From NCBI GenBank assembly GCA_964386905.1, contig CAYLUP010000002.1, forward strand, positions 522 to 64,521: 64,000 bases of DNA, given 5' to 3'. Numbering within the stretch: position 1 is the first letter of the stretch; each line of letters begins with the position of its first letter. The notes under the pieces are model-generated. The model was not told the DNA's origin, ran no database searches, and saw nothing but the letters and a program-made list of their open reading frames with translations. Below, in pieces: positions 56,019 through 64,000 of the stretch. This DNA is from an uncultured Candidatus Saccharibacteria bacterium. GTDB taxonomy: Bacteria; Patescibacteriota; Minisyncoccia; Phycocordibacterales; UBA6899. The translations under genes and the position numbers were made by a program.

Positions 56019-57980
56019 ATGCTTATCTCTAAAAATTTACTTCAAACCTATTTCGACAAACCACTCCCATCTGCGGATGTGATTGCAGCAAAGCTGACTG
56101 CGCACAGTTTCGAAATTGAAGGTATTGAAAAAAAGAAAAAAGACACCTTGATTGATGTGAAGGTGTTGCCAAATAGAGCACACGACTGTCTTTCTCATCG
56201 AGGGATTGCGCGTGAGCTCGCAGCTGTGTTAAGTATTTCTCTCAAAAAGGAGAAACAACAAAAACTTCCAAAGGGAAGTAAGAAATCACCTTTGATTGAT
56301 GTCGATATCAAAGATAAGCGTTGCGTTCGTTACGCATCTTTGGTGTTATCTCAAGTTTCGGTGAATGAGTCTCCAAAGTGGCTTAAGGAGGCAATGGAGA
56401 CACTTGGTGCTCGATCGATCAATAATATTGTCGACGCAACAAACTATGTCCTCTATATGCTCGGCCAGCCACTACATGCATTCGATTACGACAAGCTCGT
56501 TGGAGCAAAAATTGTTGTTCGTGGGGCAAAAGAAGGTGAATCTATGACGACGTTGGATGGCAAGGTGATCGCGCTTGAAAAAGAGACTTTGGTTATTGCT
56601 GATAAAGAAGGCGTATTGGCGATTGCTGGCGTGAAGGGCGGGACAAAGGCAGAACTCACAAAAGAAACAAAAACGATTGCCATTGAAGCGGCCAGTTTTG
56701 ATGGTGCAACGGTGCGAAAGGCTGCTCAGAAGTACAATTTGCGCACGGATGCTGCAAAGCGTTTCGAGCAAGGTCTCACACCTCATCTTGTTGATGAGGC
56801 GCTTGCTGTTGTTGCTCAGCTTATTATCGATATTGCTGGCGGAAAGCAAGTTGTTGTCGGATTTCCTCAAATCAAGGGGAGAGACCTTCCTCCGCAGCGT
56901 TTTGTGTCGATCACACTGAAACAAGTGAATCGTATTATTGGTGCACCATATACCGCAAAGGAGATTGCGCAGATTTGGAAACGCTTAGGTTTTGCGGTGG
57001 CAACAACGACAAAAGCTGATGATGTACTTTGGAACGTTGCAGTTCCTCATGACCGTTTGGATATTACCCTGAAGGAGGATTTGGCTGAAGAAGTATCTCG
57101 TCTTGTTGGTCTTGAAGGATTACAGGGGACACTCCCAGAAGAACCACTTGCTGTTGCCGAGAGAAACATATTTTGGGAATTGCGCGACAGGGCACGTGAA
57201 GTATTGTTGGGTGCTGGGTTTTCGGAAGTGTATACGTATGCATTTAATGCCTATGGTGAAATTGAACTTCAGAATCCGCTTGCTTCAGATAGAAAGACTC
57301 TCCGAAACAATCTTTCACACGGTCTTCGTGCGGCAGTAACGGAGAATTTGAAGCATCGAGAAGAAGTTCGCATCTTTGAATTTGGTTCCATTTTTGGAAA
57401 AACAAAAGGGAAGGTGGTCGAAACACGCTCTCTTGGTGTGGAGATGGGTTTCCAGAAAAGAAAGCAGGCCCAAGTGAAAGAGGATTATGTGTGGCTGAAG
57501 GGCGTCCTGAACGCACTTGGAAAGGCCTGTGGCCTCCCTCCGTTTAACTATGTTGAAGGGGGCGGAGAAATAGCTGCTCAAGTTTACGTAAAAGACGTAC
57601 TTGTTGGTATGTTGAAGGTGCAAGGTTTTGAAATTGATTTTGATCTTCTTGTCTTAGCTGCGACACGAGAGAAGCAGCGAATGTATGCTGTTCCAAGTAA
57701 GTATCCGAAAGTAGTTCGTGATGTTGCATTGTGGGTACCAATGGAGGTCCGTGTTGGCGGCATCGAGGCACTAATCAAGAAGGTGATGGGTGATCTTGTC
57801 GTTGACCTGAAACTTTTTGATGTCTTTGAAAAGCCAGAAGAGCACAAGAAGAGTTTTGCTTTTCGTATGACACTGCAAAGCAATGATCATACGCTTTCAG
57901 ACGAAGAAGCAAATGAGGTTGCACACAGAGTTGTTACAGCACTGAAAGAGGCTGACGAGCGGTTTGATGTCAGAAGCTAG
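56019..57980 (+). CDS. pheT: Phenylalanine--tRNA ligase beta subunit (short form)
   Basis: 653 aa; B3/4 and B5 domains and C-terminal FDX-like domain; immediately follows pheS. Confidence 0.85.
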   Translation: MLISKNLLQTYFDKPLPSADVIAAKLTAHSFEIEGIEKKKKDTLIDVKVLPNRAHDCLSHRGIARELAAVLSISLKKEKQQKLPKGSKKSPLIDVDIKDKRCVRYASLVLSQVSVNESPKWLKEAMETLGARSINNIVDATNYVLYMLGQPLHAFDYDKLVGAKIVVRGAKEGESMTTLDGKVIALEKETLVIADKEGVLAIAGVKGGTKAELTKETKTIAIEAASFDGATVRKAAQKYNLRTDAAKRFEQGLTPHLVDEALAVVAQLIIDIAGGKQVVVGFPQIKGRDLPPQRFVSITLKQVNRIIGAPYTAKEIAQIWKRLGFAVATTTKADDVLWNVAVPHDRLDITLKEDLAEEVSRLVGLEGLQGTLPEEPLAVAERNIFWELRDRAREVLLGAGFSEVYTYAFNAYGEIELQNPLASDRKTLRNNLSHGLRAAVTENLKHREEVRIFEFGSIFGKTKGKVVETRSLGVEMGFQKRKQAQVKEDYVWLKGVLNALGKACGLPPFNYVEGGGEIAAQVYVKDVLVGMLKVQGFEIDFDLLVLAATREKQRMYAVPSKYPKVVRDVALWVPMEVRVGGIEALIKKVMGDLVVDLKLFDVFEKPEEHKKSFAFRMTLQSNDHTLSDEEANEVAHRVVTALKEADERFDVRS

Positions 57981-58017
57981 GAAACAGAGAGTCATGAGTT
58001 GTTGGAAAGAAATAACT

Positions 58018-58373
58018 CATGATTTATGATTTAGGATTTATGAATTATGAATTGTCATTGCGACGGCCCCGATTTAGGGTATGGGGTAAGGGGTATAGGG
58101 TATGGGAAGAACAAGAAAGAAGATAGGAGAATTACGTATTCAGAATTAAGAATTACGTATTGTCATTGCGACGGCCCCGAGTCTTCGAGGGACGGTGGCA
58201 ATCCAGGACTGCATTATTCTTTTAATCTTACATCAACAATTGAACATGTTTTCTCAAACAACCAACACAAAATGTGTTGGTTGTTTTCATATATACCTCA
58301 GTATGATTACACCCACTCTTCCGGTGTTGGTTTCGGGATTATATTCATAAATCATAAATCCTTAATCCTAGAT
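58018..58373. mobile_element. MITE-like element with imperfect about 25-bp terminal inverted repeats enclosing copies of the TGTCATTGCGAC...GGCAATCCAGGAC element and a G-rich (GGGTAT/GGGTAA) tract
   Basis: Left tcatgatttatgatttaggatttatgaa versus right ttcataaatcataaatccttaatcctag (inverse complements); internal copies at 58050-58085 (partial) and 58157-58215 match 42782-42840; the track ORF 58047-58376 repeats CHCDGP because of these copies. Confidence 0.5.
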
Positions 58374-58535
58374 TAATTTTGGAAATTCATGGCTATACAC
58401 GGCCATAATTTCGACATTTTTATCCCCACGTCAAGTTTGTAGATGGGTCGTAAAAATGGTAAAATAAGATATATTTATAGGCATTTTTGGCTGTCTTTTC
58501 ATGGGCAATTCTCATGACGAACAACTGACGATTAA

Positions 58536-60611
<2,076 letters not shown>

Positions 60612-60926
60612 AACAGGGAAGTCCCTGTTTTTTTGTTTTATGCAGTAGATTCATATATTTGTCAATTTTTTTAAAAATGGAAATGAATGAGAAAAAGTCC
60701 ATATTTGAAGCCATTGTATGTGTGTTTTTTGATTGCAAGTATTTTCATTGAGTATACTGTGGATAACTCCGTGTATTTCTGTGCTTCATATGTGGATAAA
60801 AATCAAAATATGGCTCTGTTTAAAGGTAAAATATAGTAAAGCGTTGGAGGAATGGTTTTCCACAGAATTGTGGAAAACTTTCAATGCAAAGTCATTTTTT
60901 GTGGCTGCAAATGATGACTGAGTGAA

Positions 60927-62903
60927 ATGGAAAAACACCCACACAATGCAATTGTCACGTTATCCAAAAGTGGCGTTCGTCCGCCTCCTGTAAGGATAAT
61001 TTCACAAAGTACCACCCTACGACGAAGTAGGGATTTTTCCGTATCCCCAACCAAATTAACCACTTCTCATGCTGTCCGACACGATGTGCGAGGGGATGAC
61101 AGAGATGTGCATTTGACGCATTCGAGTTTTTCTGTTACGCGCGCGCATGCGTACGCGCGCGCACGAAAAGATGAAGGGGGATTGAAGCGCGTCCTTGATG
61201 CTGTCCTCTCTGGTGGTGATGCGAAGGTTGCGTCGATTGCTCCAGCTCCGTTTTTGGTGCGTTTCATTGCTGTTTTGCTTCTTCCACTCATGCTTGTTAT
61301 GCCTCTTGCGCCCGCATATGCAAACGATGCTCCACTTGCAGATCGTATTGCTGCAGATGTTTCGGCACTTGTTGAATCAGCTGCACTTGCTTCAAACGAA
61401 TCCATTTCTCCTGACGAGAGTGCTCTTCCAGAAGATGTTGCTTCATCTTCCGATACACCGAGCGTGGCAGAAAATCTTTCACCAGAATCTGATACTGAAG
61501 TTTCTGCTGATGGGGAGGTGGACATGAGCGTTGCTCAGCCTGAAGTTGCTGGTGTTACCACTGAGCCATCGAGCGACCTTGCGCAAGAAATATCTCCTTC
61601 TCAAGACCTTGCATCAAATGAAGAAGTGCAGAACATTACCCCATCTGACACGAGCAGTTCTTCCGATACTCCTGTTGTACAGGACGATATACCTAGTCAA
61701 GATACATCTCCTGCGGTCGCGGATGGCGGTACTCAGGAGCCGCCCACTCAGGAAGTTGAAAATTCTGACACTACTACACCGAGCACTGACCTTCCTGTGC
61801 TTGCCGATGCTGAGAGTGTGGCAAATCCTGATGAGGTAATATCTGCAGATCCACAACCTATCACCGAAGAAGCACAGCTTGATGAGGTTGTGGAAGAGGT
61901 TCCTGTACTTGATGTTCCATCTCCTGAAACTGCTGTAAATCTTGATGAGCTTCGGGCACAAATCCGTGAAGAGCTTCGAGGAGAGGTGAAGCTTTCACTT
62001 CGACACGAAGTAGAACAGGAAGTATTCCGAGGGTGTAAAAATCTTGATGGTACTGGGTACTACTGTATCCCTGATGCAAAATCTTTTGGAGCACCAATCA
62101 TCGAAAATGAAAGAAATATCACTGTCGTTGTCCAGCAAGATGTGGGAGGGGGTGATAAAGAAATTTTCCTCGTTCGTAATGATTCAACAATGCAACTTAC
62201 ACACAACACTGATGACGATGCATTTCCTGTCCTCGACCCAGCAGGAGATACACTTGTGTGGCAGACACTCGTTGATGGTCGTTGGCAGATTGCCTATGCA
62301 CACCTCGACGATGTTGGTGTTCCAAAAGTTCGTATCCTCACAAACGGAGAAAACAATTTTAATCCAAAGGTGTATCGCGGGCGGATTGTTTGGCAGGCAT
62401 GGTTTGAAGGAAATTGGGAAATCGTTATTGCGACGCCTGCACATGACGTCATTACCGAAGACGCACTCACGAAAGAACATCGTATTTTGGGTATGAATGG
62501 CGAGTACGAAGTGCGTCGCATTACTGCAAATAATGCTCCTGATATGTTCCCATCGCTGTCGGATAACACACTATCGTGGCAGGCGCTTGACGATGGAGTG
62601 TGGCAAGTCTTCGCACACGATCTCGCGTCAGGAGAGACACGGCGTGTTTCGAAGAAGGGGGTAAAGAGTGAGTCGCCTGTACTCGCACTCGTCTGGAACG
62701 AGGAAACGGAACACGGTGCAATGCGCCTTGTTGGTCAAGATGTCCAAGGGTCAACGATGTTTGACTTCACGCAACTCGCAAAGCGCTTGGTGGATCAAGC
62801 AAGGGAGGTGCCAAATGCGCCGGTATCAAACACGGACATCGTAGTCACTGAACCGTCAGTGGTTCGAACGGAAGAAGAAGTAGCATCTTCTGCCGAAATA
62901 TAG
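60927..62903 (+). CDS. Secreted/membrane-anchored protein with acidic low-complexity linker and C-terminal TolB-like beta-propeller repeats
   Basis: Hydrophobic segment FLVRFIAVLLLPLMLVMPLAPAYA; about 230-aa D/E/S/P-rich region; C-terminal repeats (DGRWQIAYAHLDD; EGNWEIVIATPA; DGVWQVFAHDL); the true start is uncertain and may be downstream of 60927. Confidence 0.45.
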   Translation: MEKHPHNAIVTLSKSGVRPPPVRIISQSTTLRRSRDFSVSPTKLTTSHAVRHDVRGDDRDVHLTHSSFSVTRAHAYARARKDEGGLKRVLDAVLSGGDAKVASIAPAPFLVRFIAVLLLPLMLVMPLAPAYANDAPLADRIAADVSALVESAALASNESISPDESALPEDVASSSDTPSVAENLSPESDTEVSADGEVDMSVAQPEVAGVTTEPSSDLAQEISPSQDLASNEEVQNITPSDTSSSSDTPVVQDDIPSQDTSPAVADGGTQEPPTQEVENSDTTTPSTDLPVLADAESVANPDEVISADPQPITEEAQLDEVVEEVPVLDVPSPETAVNLDELRAQIREELRGEVKLSLRHEVEQEVFRGCKNLDGTGYYCIPDAKSFGAPIIENERNITVVVQQDVGGGDKEIFLVRNDSTMQLTHNTDDDAFPVLDPAGDTLVWQTLVDGRWQIAYAHLDDVGVPKVRILTNGENNFNPKVYRGRIVWQAWFEGNWEIVIATPAHDVITEDALTKEHRILGMNGEYEVRRITANNAPDMFPSLSDNTLSWQALDDGVWQVFAHDLASGETRRVSKKGVKSESPVLALVWNEETEHGAMRLVGQDVQGSTMFDFTQLAKRLVDQAREVPNAPVSNTDIVVTEPSVVRTEEEVASSAEI

Positions 62904-62909
62904 TTTTTT

Positions 62910-64000
62910 ATGAAAAATACTGCACACAATACGGCTGGGGCGATGTGTATCACCACAATTTTGCTTGTGGCGGTATTTTTCTTGAGCATCCCAGGGTTTG
63001 TCGTCATGGTGCAAAAGGCTCTCGGATTCGTTCCTGTTGCGCATGCGGCTGCGCAGTATGGGAAGGAGTTAAAGACTGCGGAATTTATTCTTGGAGGAGG
63101 AAGTGATAATACTCTTCGCGGAGACAATGTCCTCGCATATGCAGGTGCTACTTCGTGGTCAACGACAAAACCTTCTCTCGCTTCAGGGGCGACCCTCCTT
63201 ACACTCCTTGGTACAGGAATCAATGTCATTGATGCACAGATGGAAGTTTCATACGGTCTCGTGACGGCAAGCATACATGTGCTGGAGAATGATGTGTATC
63301 TTGATGTGGAAGGCGCTTCTAGTGAAGGGGTAAACACATTAGCATCAGAAATAAATTCTTCAGGAAACACAACCGCAACTGGCGTCGTGTTTGCTGGTTC
63401 GGGCACGACAGGATACGTGCAGACCGTCCATGATGTTACAACATTTTTTGAAACACAGACGGACACAGAATTTAATGCTGGTATTGCTGTTATTGCTGGG
63501 GTGCAAATCGATTTATCTGCTGCGGGGAATCGTTCTCTCACGACGGTAAAAATTAGTCTCACCTATGAAGTTGATGCATATGATGGTATTGATACAAATT
63601 ATGAATTAGTAAAGACAATTCGACTTCCACTTGATTCAACAAATGCTTCTGATACGGGATCTCGTGTGGCAACATGTCCTGCATCAACCACGTGTTCATT
63701 TTCTTTTGATCGATCAAGTCTTCCAGACCTCACTGTAAACGCGAACATTTTGAGTTCGTATGTCGAAGTGTATGCCCGGCAATCAGGTGCCATAAATACA
63801 ACCTTTTCTGCGAGTCTGAATAGTGGAGCTGGATCCCCGAGTTTCGCATCCAACGAGACTATTTCTGATGATACGACAATGCGTGTCTTGTGGGCTTTGC
63901 CTGTAGCAGATTATCAGTTAGGAAATTCACAGCAAACCCTTGCATTCACAAATGCAGCGGGAAGCCAAACAATACAATCTCTTGGTGGGGAAATTGCAAT
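62910..64000 (+). CDS. Partial CDS (runs past window end): membrane-anchored Thr/Ser/Gly-rich surface protein
   Basis: ATG at about 62910, N-terminal TM (AMCITTILLVAVFFLSIPGFVVMV), open to 64000 with no stop, so absent from the track; antisense track ORFs 62795-63562 and 63599-63853 are considered spurious. Confidence 0.45.
   Translation, partial: MKNTAHNTAGAMCITTILLVAVFFLSIPGFVVMVQKALGFVPVAHAAAQYGKELKTAEFILGGGSDNTLRGDNVLAYAGATSWSTTKPSLASGATLLTLLGTGINVIDAQMEVSYGLVTASIHVLENDVYLDVEGASSEGVNTLASEINSSGNTTATGVVFAGSGTTGYVQTVHDVTTFFETQTDTEFNAGIAVIAGVQIDLSAAGNRSLTTVKISLTYEVDAYDGIDTNYELVKTIRLPLDSTNASDTGSRVATCPASTTCSFSFDRSSLPDLTVNANILSSYVEVYARQSGAINTTFSASLNSGAGSPSFASNETISDDTTMRVLWALPVADYQLGNSQQTLAFTNAAGSQTIQSLGGEIA

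Noticed and set aside
58047-58376. 109-aa ORF (and the similar 72-aa ORF at 42750-42968) containing repeated CHCDGP motifs
   Set aside because: The repeated peptide motifs arise from translating copies of the 59-bp intergenic repeat element; the ORF boundaries coincide with the MITE-like element, not with gene-like signals.
62795-63562. 255-aa minus-strand ORF at the window end
   Set aside because: The + strand frame is open from an ATG with an N-terminal TM helix through to the window end and matches the surface-protein theme; the antisense ORF is Cys/Val/Thr-rich in a way typical of a shadow frame.

Overview
This is 64 kb of a low-GC (about 42-44 % by eye) bacterial chromosome, almost entirely coded on the + strand. 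Many housekeeping proteins are unusually short (AlaRS 599 aa, PheS about 264 aa, EF-Ts 199 aa, GyrB 687 aa), which suggests a streamlined, possibly Patescibacteria/CPR-like genome; this is inference from the sequence only. The conserved backbone is def, a Trx/DsbD-like redox pair, a ZIP transporter, secA, rplY, mnmA, an FKBP, galU, pyrH, tsaC, alaS, an Atl-like MGMT protein, rpmE, prfA, rpsB, tsf, tRNA-Thr(UGU), pheS/pheT, gyrB, an Hsp20, an HD hydrolase, a fold-III PLP decarboxylase, an AlkD-like glycosylase and an orphan sensor kinase. Four accessory regions stand out. (i) An IS200/IS605-like Y1 transposase bounded by 20-bp inverted repeats with a 26-bp tandem duplication at its left end, plus a MITE-like internal-deletion copy about 6 kb away. 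(ii) Immediately downstream, a self-terminated transcription unit encoding a 26-aa Lys/Arg/Thr-rich peptide ending in Cys and a radical-SAM/SPASM enzyme with an RRE-like N-terminal extension, which is a candidate RiPP system, followed by a nucleoside-2-deoxyribosyltransferase-fold protein. (iii) A GC-rich (about 55 %) 2.6-kb island of hypothetical genes plus a CYTH protein. (iv) A 13.5-kb cell-surface locus (16771-30280) containing a giant 1286-aa protein made of two about 540-aa tandem repeats, two smaller paralogs sharing its C-terminal pilin-like (SCPU/Csu-like) domain, a membrane-anchored beta-rich protein, a Cys-rich secreted protein with a canonical type-I dockerin, and two membrane-anchored cohesin proteins. 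Several intergenic regions carry a family of short repeats: (GTCATGA)n heptads, a 59-bp TGTCATTGCGAC...GGCAATCCAGGAC element, and G-rich GGGTAT/GGGTAA motifs. One of these (58018-58373) looks like a MITE with imperfect terminal inverted repeats. Coordinates of features not on the ORF track (terminators, repeats, small peptide) were counted by hand and may be off by 1-2 nt.
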